From NCBI GenBank assembly GCA_008690995.1, contig VRMN01000002.1:992001-1056000 (forward strand): a DNA stretch of 64,000 nucleotides, written 5' to 3'. The notes under the pieces were generated by a model. The model was not told the DNA's origin, made no database searches, and was given only the letters and a program-made list of their open reading frames with translations. Shown here in pieces: positions 40,624 to 51,254 of this stretch. The DNA is from Porphyridium purpureum. Its lineage: Eukaryota. Position 1 is the first letter of the stretch. Each line of letters starts with the position of its first letter. The translations under genes were made by a program, and so were the position numbers.

Positions 40624-43497
40624 ATGAAAGGTCTGGGCACCAGTGCTGACCTTCTGGGAACAGCAGGGGCGCCGTACTCGGCGCATTCAATGCATGCACC
40701 TACTCCGTCGCGCCAGCTGAAAAAGACCGTACGCAAGGCATGGAACGACATACGGCTGTTCGTCAAGGGAAAAGGAGTAGGCGATGCGGGGACCGTTCTG
40801 GGCGTCGCGGTCCTCGTGACCGTGGCTTTAGTGTACATGCTCTATGGTCTTATGTCAGGTGGGAGTGCGCGTGCAGAACAGGATCTGGTTGCCCCGACCG
40901 AACTCCAGGTATTTTATCGGCCGGTAGACATGGAAAACGTCTCGTGTTCATGCCCTAGCTCGTCCCCGTCCGCGTTGCGACGGTTTGAGACCCAGCTAGA
41001 GCAAGCCCATCTAGTGGCGCGCGCGAATGTTGTCCAAGTGCTGGATGACGGCCTTGTACAGATGCGCATCGACGCCATTTATCGCGGCCTGCCGAGGTTG
41101 TCAGATTTCGATATTCTTGTTGCCCAGGATACTACGCTTGGGTGCTACAACATGCTCGAAGACCCGGAGCGCGGCGCCCCGGGCTACTCGATGTCAAACT
41201 CCACATACCTGATCATTGCGGGTCGCTCGTTTGGTGTGGACAATGAGACCGACTATTCTGCCCGTATACTTTCAGACACGTTCAACAAACTGTACGGTAA
41301 GTCAGTGGTAAGCAAGTTTCTACATGCGCCGCGCACTCCGACCGTGGTACGAGGTCGTGCGCTGAGCGTGCTGCAGAGCCACAATTCGGTGTGGGGAGCC
41401 GTTGACGAGCTTCCATGTGGGTGTAACGTGGCGGTGCTGTGGAACTCGCTCGGGAAGGAGTTTATCGACCTGCTGTTGCGCGAGCGCGAGGTATCGCAAC
41501 TTGACTGGTGGCGCCACAAGGCAAAACCTCACTCAGATGTGCTGGCCGCACCGCCGTCGCTACGCGCCGCGCTTGCAAACATGAGCGAAGAGAAGCAGGT
41601 GTCGGTGATGCGTAGCATTCTTCGCGCGGCGGAGCTGTCCAATCTGGACGAGGAGTGGTGGTCTGCGCCGGGCGTGTCGCTGATTGCAGCATGCAAAGAC
41701 CGCAATGATCATGTGCTTGACGCCCTCGCGTCGTGGCGTAAGGTCGCTGGGCTTAAGGAAATTGTGATCGTAGACTGGAGCTCCAAGCACGCGGTACGCG
41801 AGTTCTTGAAGGCTCACCGTGAGCTAGATGACGTGCTTGAAGATACACGCATCCGCATTGAGCGCGTGGAGGGCGAGGTAGCATGGGTGCTTTCGCGAGC
41901 TTACAATCTGGCAGCGCGATTGTCTGTGTACTCAAACATCCTGAAAGTTGACTGCGACACAGTCTTACACCCAGATCTTCTGTCAGCTCACCCGCTCAAG
42001 GCGGGCACCTTTTACGCCGGTGATTGGAAAACTCTCAACAGCAACAATCTGAGCGACTCACTAGGATCTGCCGCCCTCTCCGCCTCGGAAGAGCTGCATT
42101 TGAATGGCATGCTTTTTGTGCGGCGGTCTGATTTCTTCATGCTCGGTGGGTACGACGAGCGGATCGTGACGTACGGATGGGACGACACGGACATGGTGCG
42201 CCGACTCGTAGGCCGTGGGCTGGCGAATCTGCCGTTTAACAATTCATTTGCGACACACGCTGAGCACCCGTACGAGCAGCGACTGACAAATCAGCCAGTC
42301 AGTGAGTACGGCGCGTTACTTCCGAGCGCGAATCCGCTCGCCGCGGCAGTTGAGGTACAGCGCAACCGTGTGTTGGGCTCCAAAATGAATCTGCCAACAT
42401 GGGACTCGAGCTCACTGCGCACGTACTACAATTTGGTAGTCAAGGAAGCATCTCCGCGCGCGTACTTACAACTCACCGCAGCAAACAAAATTCAGAGTCT
42501 GCAGGAGCTCGTAAGCAATGAGCAGCTGCAAGAAGCGTCTAAGAAGGCGCTTCGCATTATTCTCAAGGAGCGCTTCGGCTTTGGTAACTTTCCTCGTTCA
42601 TTTTCGGTGCGCTTCCTCCAGCAATTGAGCAGTTTTGTGGCCTTGCCTGAGAAACACGCCCACTTTTTCGTGCACCTGCACGGCAGCTGTGCTCGTCGCA
42701 TCATCCAGATGACCGCGCTGCGCGCTCTGGTCGAGCGCAAGGGGCAAGAAGACGCTCTGGAGTTACTGCCGCCAGGGGAATCGCCACATCTCATTTTCTT
42801 GTCACCTCGCAACGACGAATGTTTATGCCCTATTGGCGAGGCGCTCAGTGTCAAGGATATCGAAATGTACGAAAGTGCTGATCCAGACAAAATGCCCCCA
42901 GTGTACGACGCGGACTTTTTCAGGTCTCATCCTGGCGCAGCAGAAGCCGAGCGCGTCGAAACTGTTGAGGAAGTGCTGGCGTACGACTGGAAGCGAGTGG
43001 GATCGCATCATGTCAAGCTGAGCGATCATGCGCTGCAGAGCGCGCACGATGCCGCTGCAAAACGTGCCGTCGCGGAGGAGGCGGCCAAGTTTGCGCCGTC
43101 AAATGATGTGAAGAAGAGTCTGCTGACGTACGACCTGAGTGTGGTTGGCGGCGGTGCACGCGTCCAGAGACTACGTCATGCCGTCGGATCGACGGCGCGG
43201 TTGCACAAGAAAAACGGCCAGCCCGATGATCAAGCGTTGCAGCCGCCGCCGCCGCCGCCGCCATTGAACCCGGCGCTGGAACCGTTTGCCAGCATGTGGC
43301 GCGGGCACGCGGAGATCAGCGAGCTGGTGAGCAACGTGAATGCGATTCTTTCTGTGCGCGACTGCAGCATCCACGCGTCGAAGCTGTCGCTCTCCGAGAC
43401 GGCGCTGATGTGCGACGTGCCCGAACTCCTCATCGTCCTCACCGCGCTGGTCTCCTCCAACGGCGCGTGCGCAACCCCCTGGTGGCTCTCGGACTAA
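40624..43497 (+). CDS. Type II membrane glycosyltransferase (GT2/GT7-like) with N-terminal NTR/TIMP-like domain
   Basis: TM near N-terminus; 'ACKDRN', 'IVIVDWSS', 'LSRAYNLA', DxD 'KVDCD', 'GGYDERIVTYGWDDTD'. Confidence 0.85.
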   Translation: MKGLGTSADLLGTAGAPYSAHSMHAPTPSRQLKKTVRKAWNDIRLFVKGKGVGDAGTVLGVAVLVTVALVYMLYGLMSGGSARAEQDLVAPTELQVFYRPVDMENVSCSCPSSSPSALRRFETQLEQAHLVARANVVQVLDDGLVQMRIDAIYRGLPRLSDFDILVAQDTTLGCYNMLEDPERGAPGYSMSNSTYLIIAGRSFGVDNETDYSARILSDTFNKLYGKSVVSKFLHAPRTPTVVRGRALSVLQSHNSVWGAVDELPCGCNVAVLWNSLGKEFIDLLLREREVSQLDWWRHKAKPHSDVLAAPPSLRAALANMSEEKQVSVMRSILRAAELSNLDEEWWSAPGVSLIAACKDRNDHVLDALASWRKVAGLKEIVIVDWSSKHAVREFLKAHRELDDVLEDTRIRIERVEGEVAWVLSRAYNLAARLSVYSNILKVDCDTVLHPDLLSAHPLKAGTFYAGDWKTLNSNNLSDSLGSAALSASEELHLNGMLFVRRSDFFMLGGYDERIVTYGWDDTDMVRRLVGRGLANLPFNNSFATHAEHPYEQRLTNQPVSEYGALLPSANPLAAAVEVQRNRVLGSKMNLPTWDSSSLRTYYNLVVKEASPRAYLQLTAANKIQSLQELVSNEQLQEASKKALRIILKERFGFGNFPRSFSVRFLQQLSSFVALPEKHAHFFVHLHGSCARRIIQMTALRALVERKGQEDALELLPPGESPHLIFLSPRNDECLCPIGEALSVKDIEMYESADPDKMPPVYDADFFRSHPGAAEAERVETVEEVLAYDWKRVGSHHVKLSDHALQSAHDAAAKRAVAEEAAKFAPSNDVKKSLLTYDLSVVGGGARVQRLRHAVGSTARLHKKNGQPDDQALQPPPPPPPLNPALEPFASMWRGHAEISELVSNVNAILSVRDCSIHASKLSLSETALMCDVPELLIVLTALVSSNGACATPWWLSD

Positions 43498-44160
43498 AAC
43501 ATGCCAGCTTGCCCTTTTGACTCGTACCAGCATCCCGCCCCACTGCACCCACTGTACTCCCACTTTAAATTTACAAGCCCAACTGTACCTTCACCCACCC
43601 CCTGTTTCACACATCACGCTGCATTATTTAATTCCCATTTTTAACTCTTCTTTTTCCCCTTTGTGGTCGCTCCAACTGGGTGGCTGGCTGTGTACGAGAG
43701 CGGTGTGGTGCTGTTGCGGTTATTCTTGTCGCGTGTTTTGCTGCGTGTTTCGCACACTGCCCGAACGCGCAAGTTGCGCTACCAAACAACAGAACACAAC
43801 GAGCGGCAGAGGGAGAGAGAGAGAGAGCGACAGAGGGGAAAGGGGAATGATAAAGGTGGGTGGAGCGGTGGTAAGAGGCGTGTGTGGTGTGTGTAGGAAA
43901 GACTAGTCACGCTGTAGGGACAGCAGCGGGGTGCGCGAGAAGGAGGAGGACACGTGTGCGTGCGGAATATAAGTTGGTGTCACGTGGCCTGTGGAAGGGA
44001 GGGAGAGAGCAGGAGGAACAAGCGGCGGTGGAGCGGCGGAGGAACGTGGTGCGGGGTTGGGCGGATAGAGGGACACGCCGTGCGGTGGGACGGTGCGCGC
44101 ATAGTGACAGGAAGCCGCGAAGGAAAGGGGCCGGGGAACGACTGTGGCGGGCGCGGAAAG

Positions 44161-44766
44161 ATGAGTAATCCAGAGTATGATTACCTGTTCAAGTTGCTCG
44201 TGATTGGCGATTCGGGCGTGGGAAAGTCGAACCTCCTGCTGCGGTTTGCCGACAACACGTACACCGAGAGCCACATCAGTACGATTGGCGTGGACTTTAA
44301 GATTCGCACGATCGACCTGGATGATAAGACCATCAAGCTCCAGATCTGGGATACTGCGGGGCAGGAGCGCTTCCGCACGATCGCCGCCGCCTACTATCGC
44401 GGCGCGCATGGCATCGTCATCACCTATGACATCACAGATCGCAAGTCGTTTGAGAACGTCAAGTCATGGATGGATGAAATCGGCAAGTACGGAAGTGAGC
44501 GTGTGAACAAGCTGCTCGTCGGCAACAAGTGCGACCTGGTGAACAAACGCGCCGTCGAGACCGAGGAGGGTCAGGAGCTTGCGGACGCGCTTGGGATGAA
44601 GTTTCTGGAAACGTCCGCAAAGACGGCAGAGAACGTGCAGCTCGCGTTCACCACGATGACAAGAGAAATCATGAGCTCAATACAAAGTGCACCGATCCAG
44701 GGCAAGCAGGGTACTGTAAATGTCAGCGGCTCTGATGCAGAGGTGAGTGGGGGCGGCTGCTGCTAG
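44161..44766 (+). CDS. RAB1: Rab1/Ypt1 GTPase
   Basis: '[13 protein letters not shown]', [31 protein letters not shown]-terminal GGCC. Confidence 0.95.
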   Translation: MSNPEYDYLFKLLVIGDSGVGKSNLLLRFADNTYTESHISTIGVDFKIRTIDLDDKTIKLQIWDTAGQERFRTIAAAYYRGAHGIVITYDITDRKSFENVKSWMDEIGKYGSERVNKLLVGNKCDLVNKRAVETEEGQELADALGMKFLETSAKTAENVQLAFTTMTREIMSSIQSAPIQGKQGTVNVSGSDAEVSGGGCC

Positions 44767-45170
44767 GCAGAGTGTGAATGAGCGTTAGTTGAACATCTGT
44801 CAGCATCGTCTTCCGTGTTCCGGTGCAGCTGTGGTGACTGCTGCGCGCATAAACGGGATCAGGACACATCGTGCACAGAGTAGCTGTCCTCTGGGTGTCT
44901 GAGGAGTTCCTTAAATATACTTCCCATTTTCCTTTTGAAGTGGATCTCTCACCCTCTTTCGGTGACCGCGGATGGTGGTGGGTGAGACCCAGGAGTCGCG
45001 CCTGCGACGCTCGTCGAAGAAAAAAGGTCTCGCGCACAAGCACGAGCCTCGGTATGTGTTGGAGAAAGCAAGAAACTTAGAACAACTTATAATTGCACTT
45101 TAACAAGCAACCGAGTTGCCGAAATCCGCGTATCCCATGAGATCACGTGCCGAGCCAGGCTCGTGCACAA

Positions 45171-45590
45171 CTAGCGTAAAGCGTTCTTTGCAGTTGTCTT
45201 CACTTCGTCCTGATTCGTCAGTATTTTGTGAAACTGCTCCTCCGTCAGCCATATGCCCTTTTTGCCCGGCAACTGCTTGCCATCCTTCTCGTAGTACTCA
45301 CGAATGTCAATACCCACACGGTTCTGGAACACACGCACCGTCAGCCTCTTTTTGCTGCCGAGGTCCAGGAAAAGCTCACCCTGCTCGTTCCTCTTCATCT
45401 TCTGCGGTCGCTCAGTGGCGCGCGCGGACACGGCCGGTCCTTCATCCTCGCGCTTCCGCTTTGCGCCGTGCTCCTCGACCTCCTCGTACTCCACATCTTC
45501 CTCGTCTTCCTCGTCCTCGCCGTCATCGTCAATCTCGACCTCGAGGTAGCGCCCGCCGGCCTCCTCCTTCAACTCCAGCGGCTGGTTCAT
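45171..45590 (-). CDS. Transcriptional coactivator PC4/Sub1
   Basis: 'RLTVRVFQNRVGIDIREYYEKDGKQLPGKKGIWL'. Confidence 0.92.
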   Translation of the reverse strand: MNQPLELKEEAGGRYLEVEIDDDGEDEEDEEDVEYEEVEEHGAKRKREDEGPAVSARATERPQKMKRNEQGELFLDLGSKKRLTVRVFQNRVGIDIREYYEKDGKQLPGKKGIWLTEEQFHKILTNQDEVKTTAKNALR

Positions 45591-45868
45591 GGCTCCTCGC
45601 GCGTTCGGGACTGATCACTCGGACTCGTCGTCTGTCTGTCCGTCAGCGGTGCCACCGTGCGCACGACACAAAATTGCTCCTTCCCTGGTGACTATCACTC
45701 TGAGATAGTTAACAGCCTTGCAAGATTGACGCCAGAGCAAACGCGACGGAAGCGGGACCAGGGTGTGGAGCCAACACACGTATATGCGCAAGGATTGTCC
45801 TGTGCTGCCTGCGGAACGGCAGGGTGCTGAGCTTGTGCGCTGGAGGTGGAGCACGGAAAGCCCTCAAG

Positions 45869-46975
45869 ATGGCGGGCGGGATTCTGGAGCGGATCGCTGA
45901 GATCGAAAAGGAAATGTCGCGCACGCAGAAGAACAAGGCCACCGAGTACCATTTGGGCCTACTGAAATCCAAGCTGGCCAAGCTGCGCACGCAGCTTATC
46001 CAGGGTGAGCAGAAGACGGGGCCCGCGGGAACCGGGTTTGAGGTGGTCAAGTACGGCGACGCGCGAGTGGCCATGGTGGGATTTCCGTCCGTGGGAAAGT
46101 CGACGTTTTTGTCGACGGTGACAAAGACGGAGTCCGAGGCTGCAGCGTACGAGTTCACGACCCTGACTTGTATTCCAGGCATCCTTTACCACAACGGAGC
46201 GACGATTCAGCTGCTGGATTTGCCGGGAATCATTTCTGGAGCGTCAGAGGGCAAAGGGCGTGGCCGTCAGGTGATTGGTGTTGCGCGGAGCGCGGACCTG
46301 ATTCTGTTGATGCTGGACGCGACCAAGGCCGACGTTCAAAGACCGCTGCTGGAAAAGGAGTTGGAATCCGTCGGGATTCGGCTGAACAAGTCGCCCCCAA
46401 ACGTCTACTTCAAACCCAAGGCCACTGGTGGGCTCAAGTTCACAGCGATCGTTCCTTTGACGCACCTGAATGAGAAGCTTGTGTATGGCATCCTTCACGA
46501 ATACAAGGTCCACAATGCGGACGTTATCGTCCGTGAGGACTGCACGGTCGATGACTTCATTGACATTGTGGAGGGCAATCGGCAATACATCCGTTGCCTG
46601 AATGTTGTGAACAAGATTGACTCGGTGTCCATCGAAGAAGTGGACCGATTGGCTCGGTATCCTCACACCGTGGTTTTGTCGTGCAACCTGCGGCTGAATG
46701 TAGATACGCTGATCTCACGGATCTGGGACGACTTGAGACTTTGCCGCGTTTACACCAAGAAGCGAGGCCATGCGCCAGACTTTACGGACCCGCTTGTATT
46801 GCGTGCAGGGTGCACTGTGCAGGACGCCTGTCGAGCTGTGCACCGAAGTCTTGCGGAAGCGTCGCGCTTCAAGTACGCGCTGGTGTGGGGACGCTCTACC
46901 AAACATAACCCGCAGCGTGTGGGCTTTCAACATCTTCTCGCTGACGAGGATGTGATGCAAATTGTCACTAGGTAG
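45869..46975 (+). CDS. DRG2: Developmentally regulated GTP-binding protein (DRG2/Rbg2)
   Basis: 'RTQKNKATEYHLG', 'GFPSVGKST', 'YEFTTLT', 'DLPGII', C-terminal TGS domain. Confidence 0.95.
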   Translation: MAGGILERIAEIEKEMSRTQKNKATEYHLGLLKSKLAKLRTQLIQGEQKTGPAGTGFEVVKYGDARVAMVGFPSVGKSTFLSTVTKTESEAAAYEFTTLTCIPGILYHNGATIQLLDLPGIISGASEGKGRGRQVIGVARSADLILLMLDATKADVQRPLLEKELESVGIRLNKSPPNVYFKPKATGGLKFTAIVPLTHLNEKLVYGILHEYKVHNADVIVREDCTVDDFIDIVEGNRQYIRCLNVVNKIDSVSIEEVDRLARYPHTVVLSCNLRLNVDTLISRIWDDLRLCRVYTKKRGHAPDFTDPLVLRAGCTVQDACRAVHRSLAEASRFKYALVWGRSTKHNPQRVGFQHLLADEDVMQIVTR

Positions 46976-47253
46976 CCGTCCCGTCCATATCGCTCACTCC
47001 ACAGACAACGCTTCGAATGTCAAAAGGGAAAAGAAGAACGAAACACCAGTCACATCCCGCAACTGACTGCCACGCAAGTAAACAGGTTTAGACACCATAT
47101 CTTAACGGTTTCTCGGCTCATGCGGTTAATTATCGCTCCTTTTGTTATTTCAGCAATTTCTATGAATTGCCTCACCGCGGTCACAGAGAGCCACCGCCGA
47201 AGCAGCAGGATCGCCGTGACGAGGACGGCGTGCGCGCAGACGCAGCTACCAGA

Positions 47254-48414
47254 ATGCCGGCACCAACCTGTTTCGCAAGTGGCCTACCGCCCTCCTGTCT
47301 ACACGGCAAACCAAGTAGTGCCGCGTCGTCTTCGTTTTCAAGCGGCGCTGCTACGCGCCGTTCGATCGTGCCGTCGTCGAGAAGGGCCACGGTGAGATGT
47401 TGGGCCTCGTCGTACGTAGACAGCGGGAGCGGGAGTGGAGGTGGGCGCGGGAACGGTGACGGGTTCAGTTCAGGTGGTGGGCGACGTGGTGAAGGAGACG
47501 GATCGCACGATGGAAACGGAGATCAAGGCGGCAGTACAGACGAGTCGGTGATCGCTGCCATGCTCAAGTCGCACGGGATGACAGCGGCCGATCTGCCACT
47601 GGATATGGCCGAGGCGATGCAGCGAGGCATACTGACGACGGAATTGCTGAGCGTGTATCTCAAGAATGTCGGCGGACTGATGGGGTGGTTCGTGCGAAAC
47701 GTCAAGCCATACAGAGACCGTCTGCTGTGTGACAATGAGTTTCTGTTTAAGCTAATGGTGCAAGAGGTGATTGGGAACGGCACGCAGCTTGCGGGCGAGA
47801 TCGTGATGCGTGGTAAGGAAATCTACGAGGAGCTTGAGTATGTGTTTTCGGACTTGGTGATCGGCACCGTGGTGGAGGCAGCATTCGTGTGGATTCTGAC
47901 CCCTTGCATTCCGTTCCCGGCCATGGCCAAAACCTCCAGCAGCGCAGTTACACAATACCTGCGAAACTTGCCGGCAAACATGTTTGAACCCAGTTCGGCA
48001 CTGCGAAAGTTCTCGGCTTCCCAGCGCTTGGCGAGTTTGTTCTACGTGGGCGCGCAGTACTTTGCTGTCGGAGTGGTGTGCGGTGTGATTGGCACGTGGA
48101 TTACGTACGCGCTCATCACCGCGCGCAAAGCGCTGGACAAGTCGTACGTGCAGCACCGACCGCTACCCGCGGTGATTCCCAACAGCGTCGGGTGGGGCGC
48201 ATTTATGGGGCTGTCGAGCAACACGCGCTTCCAGGCCGTGGAAGGCCTGGAGCGCATTGCAGCCAGAGCCCTGCAAAACCGGTCCGAGGCATTTCTGAGG
48301 TTCGTCATTCTGTTCTTACGCTTCGGCAACAACTACTACGGCGGCATCCAATTTGTGCAGTTCTTCCGCTTCCTTGGCCTTCAAGGCACCGCAACAAGCG
48401 AAGCCACCCACTAG
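47254..48414 (+). CDS. RETICULATA-related (DUF3411) plastid envelope protein
   Basis: Transit peptide plus Gly-rich stretch; 'LPLDM', 'RDRLLCDNEFLFKL', 'FMGLSSNTRFQ', 'RFGNNYYGG'. Confidence 0.9.
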   Translation: MPAPTCFASGLPPSCLHGKPSSAASSSFSSGAATRRSIVPSSRRATVRCWASSYVDSGSGSGGGRGNGDGFSSGGGRRGEGDGSHDGNGDQGGSTDESVIAAMLKSHGMTAADLPLDMAEAMQRGILTTELLSVYLKNVGGLMGWFVRNVKPYRDRLLCDNEFLFKLMVQEVIGNGTQLAGEIVMRGKEIYEELEYVFSDLVIGTVVEAAFVWILTPCIPFPAMAKTSSSAVTQYLRNLPANMFEPSSALRKFSASQRLASLFYVGAQYFAVGVVCGVIGTWITYALITARKALDKSYVQHRPLPAVIPNSVGWGAFMGLSSNTRFQAVEGLERIAARALQNRSEAFLRFVILFLRFGNNYYGGIQFVQFFRFLGLQGTATSEATH

Positions 48415-48540
48415 GGTTCCTCAAACAATTTTTCACGCCACTGTTTTAACCTTCGTGGAGATTAAAAACCTAGATTAAATAAGTTTCGGACAGCGTGTGT
48501 GCAAGCCAGATCAACAAGGTCACATGGATGGGAGAAGTGG

Positions 48541-50001
48541 ATGGTCGTTGTGGAGGGGAATAGGGCCTCGAAGGCGGCGTGGAGAATGAGGTTTGGGGAG
48601 CTGGATCTGTTCCGCAAGGTCCCGCGGGACCTGGTTCAGTCCACGCGGTTAGGTGGGGCCCTGTCTTTGCTCGCACTGGCGCTACTAAGTGTGTTGTTGA
48701 TGACAGAGCTCTCGGACATGGGCCGAGCGACGACCAGCACCTCTTTGCAAGTTGACCGCGCGCCGTCGTCAGAGCCAGTGACGTTGTCCTTCCGCATTGC
48801 GCTCATGTCCTTGCCGTGCAAATATGTTGACGTGCAGCTGCTCGATACGCGCCTCCGAACTGCCACGCAATCACAGCGCTTGGTCTTGAAAAAGACCGAG
48901 CTGGCGGACGGCGCCAAGTATTTGGACAGCTTGTCCAAACCGCTTGAGCAGATCCGGAGGTATGACAAGCAGGGCGTTGTGCGCCCGCTCGGTGCGCCGG
49001 AGGAGGACAACGACTCCGCCGACCAGTCTGGCGTCACCATCACAGTCGAGCAATTCCGAAATAACATCGTCACGCGCTCGCCGTACACGCTGGTTTACTT
49101 CTACTTGCCATACTGCCCGTTTTGCAAAAGTTTGGTTCCTGTATGGGAAGAAGTCGAGAGAAAAATCTCCTCAGACGTCGCCAGATTCTCGCGCGGTGTT
49201 ATCAAAGTCGTCAAGATCGATTGCATTACAAGCAAGGAGCTATGTATTGATCAGCACGTGATGGCGGTTCCTACAATTCGAGTATACGAGAGGGATACAG
49301 TGCTGAGGCCTGATTATCATAGTGCAAAGCGTGAGGCAGAGGACATTCTTGCGTGGGTTCTCGGTAAAATCACCGGCGCAGATGCCAAACGTGCCGCCGC
49401 TGCATCTGGGCAGGACGCGGCCCGCGAAATATCAAGTAAGGAGGGGTGCGTTGTGAGTGGTAGCGCGCAAGTCCAGAAAAGTCCCGCATTTATGCGCATT
49501 TCGGCGAACGCAGAGAATTACTCGGTGGAAGCTCAGCACGTGAACATGACACACCTCGTCGAGTATTTCACGGCAAATTATGAAATACCCGGTGATACGA
49601 CGTCAAAGCTGCACCCGATGATTGCCTTAAATCTGGACACCATGCACCACACCGCGTTTGTAACGTCAAAGTCGCAGGAAGGTATGAGTTTTGATCACTA
49701 CTTGAAGTTTATCCCAACGACTTACCGATCGAGGTGGGGCCCGAAACAGCGCCTGTTCCAGATGACGGCGGCATCTCACGGATATTACAAGCAGCACGGT
49801 GCTGCTGAAATCCGCGTGTCGTACGATTTCAGCCCGCTTGTGCATGTGGTCGAGAAGCAAAACACAAAGCAGTGGTACGAATTCTTGGCAAAGCTGTTTG
49901 CAATTATCGGGGGCGTGATTTGTGTGGTTGGTCTCATGGACAAGGGCATTTATACATACGTCGCATACCAGCAAAAGGTACGGCAAGGCAAGCAAATATA
50001 A
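48541..50001 (+). CDS. PDI-C type protein (Erv41/46-like with inserted thioredoxin domain)
   Basis: 'LDLFRKVPRDL..ST..GG', thioredoxin 'YCPFC', 'EGCVVSG', 'YDFSP', 'FAIIGG', C-terminal 'GKQI'; start could be 48586. Confidence 0.9.
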   Translation: MVVVEGNRASKAAWRMRFGELDLFRKVPRDLVQSTRLGGALSLLALALLSVLLMTELSDMGRATTSTSLQVDRAPSSEPVTLSFRIALMSLPCKYVDVQLLDTRLRTATQSQRLVLKKTELADGAKYLDSLSKPLEQIRRYDKQGVVRPLGAPEEDNDSADQSGVTITVEQFRNNIVTRSPYTLVYFYLPYCPFCKSLVPVWEEVERKISSDVARFSRGVIKVVKIDCITSKELCIDQHVMAVPTIRVYERDTVLRPDYHSAKREAEDILAWVLGKITGADAKRAAAASGQDAAREISSKEGCVVSGSAQVQKSPAFMRISANAENYSVEAQHVNMTHLVEYFTANYEIPGDTTSKLHPMIALNLDTMHHTAFVTSKSQEGMSFDHYLKFIPTTYRSRWGPKQRLFQMTAASHGYYKQHGAAEIRVSYDFSPLVHVVEKQNTKQWYEFLAKLFAIIGGVICVVGLMDKGIYTYVAYQQKVRQGKQI

Positions 50002-50048
50002 AGAAGATACCAGTTTACTTCGCTTGACGGGATGGTGTTTCATCGCCA

Positions 50049-51023
50049 CTATTCAGCACGGCATCTGTACGCCGTTGCCTTTCCGCTCCATTCGCCGTCA
50101 CTTCGTTCCTTCTGCTTCGCTGGTTCTTCCTTTTTGCGATTGAAGAGCAGGTTCATGAAGACGGTCCAGAAAAACGAGCATACGGACGCGAAAACAACGC
50201 GAAAGTCGCCCGTACCGAGAAAGTAATTGAGAAAATTGGCCGGCATCCAGAAGATGGCGTTTTTTCTGTACAGGCCAAGAAACTCAGAGCGATACCAAGC
50301 AAGGCACTCTCGCATTGGCTTTCGATTTGTGACGTGAAACCACAGAGCGTAGTTAGAAATGCATGCAGGTTCAAGCACCAGCTGCTCCAGAACGCACTTT
50401 TGGAGCGAATTCAGCAGGCCGTCGCCTGGGCCGTACTTAGCGATCAGATTATACCACAAGAAAAGCCATGGCCCATTCACCAACAAGCCGTATAAAGTGA
50501 ATTTGATCAGTCTCCAAACGTCGAGCCGGAAACCGCGTATTAAGCTCTTGCCTTTCTGGTGGCGATCCGAGGTCACCAGCACCGTATGACGGGCACTGCT
50601 TCGCCGCTGGCCCCGGATGCTCTGCAAATGCATCATAATTTGTCCTGTGCAATCAGCGAGAAAGGTAATAACACCCACTGAAATCACTTTGGTCCGAAAC
50701 GGCTTATGTCTGAGCAGCCACAAGTACTCTCGTTCCGAACCTATCATCCACCTCCAGAGGACGTGCGCGGCCAGCACCTGACCATGATTGCCAGTCACAT
50801 CGCGAACATCGGCCAGCCCGCGCCAGCAGCACCACACCACCAAGGCGAGAAGCGCCAGGCATGCCAGAACGCAGGCCGAACGCGTGCCAGGCGCGGCGGC
50901 CGCAGCGCTCTTCCACCTGCCGACAACCCTCCACCTCGAGCCTGCGCGAGCGTTCTCCACTGGTGGCGGCGGCAGCAGAGTGCCCTTGAGCAGGTCGACC
51001 TCAACAGTTTCGGTCATCATCAT
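50049..51023 (-). CDS. Mpv17/PMP22 family membrane protein
   Basis: 'KPFRTK', 'DCTGQ', 'DVWRLIKF', 'EQLVLEP', 'FWMPANFLNY', 'FFWTVFM'. Confidence 0.88.
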   Translation of the reverse strand: MMMTETVEVDLLKGTLLPPPPVENARAGSRWRVVGRWKSAAAAAPGTRSACVLACLALLALVVWCCWRGLADVRDVTGNHGQVLAAHVLWRWMIGSEREYLWLLRHKPFRTKVISVGVITFLADCTGQIMMHLQSIRGQRRSSARHTVLVTSDRHQKGKSLIRGFRLDVWRLIKFTLYGLLVNGPWLFLWYNLIAKYGPGDGLLNSLQKCVLEQLVLEPACISNYALWFHVTNRKPMRECLAWYRSEFLGLYRKNAIFWMPANFLNYFLGTGDFRVVFASVCSFFWTVFMNLLFNRKKEEPAKQKERSDGEWSGKATAYRCRAE

Positions 51024-51254
51024 CGCGCGGCGCGTCCATCATCAGAGAACCAACCCGCCTAGCACATCTCTGAGCCACAGCGGCTTCGCGCTCCACACCG
51101 TGAACCCGAAACGCAAAAGAGCGGGAAAGTTTATAGCAAATCATGCCATGTTTATAGAGAGAAAACTGTACCTCCGCGGTAAACTTGGGGAAGATGAGAA
51201 CAGACGAGAAAAGGGAGAGGGAGAGAGGGAGAGAGGGGCAAGAGACGAGGCAGG

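Noticed and set aside
43800..44160. Upstream in-frame extension of Rab1 and GA/GT-rich tracts
   Set aside because: 5' UTR low-complexity sequence; the conserved start is ATG 44161
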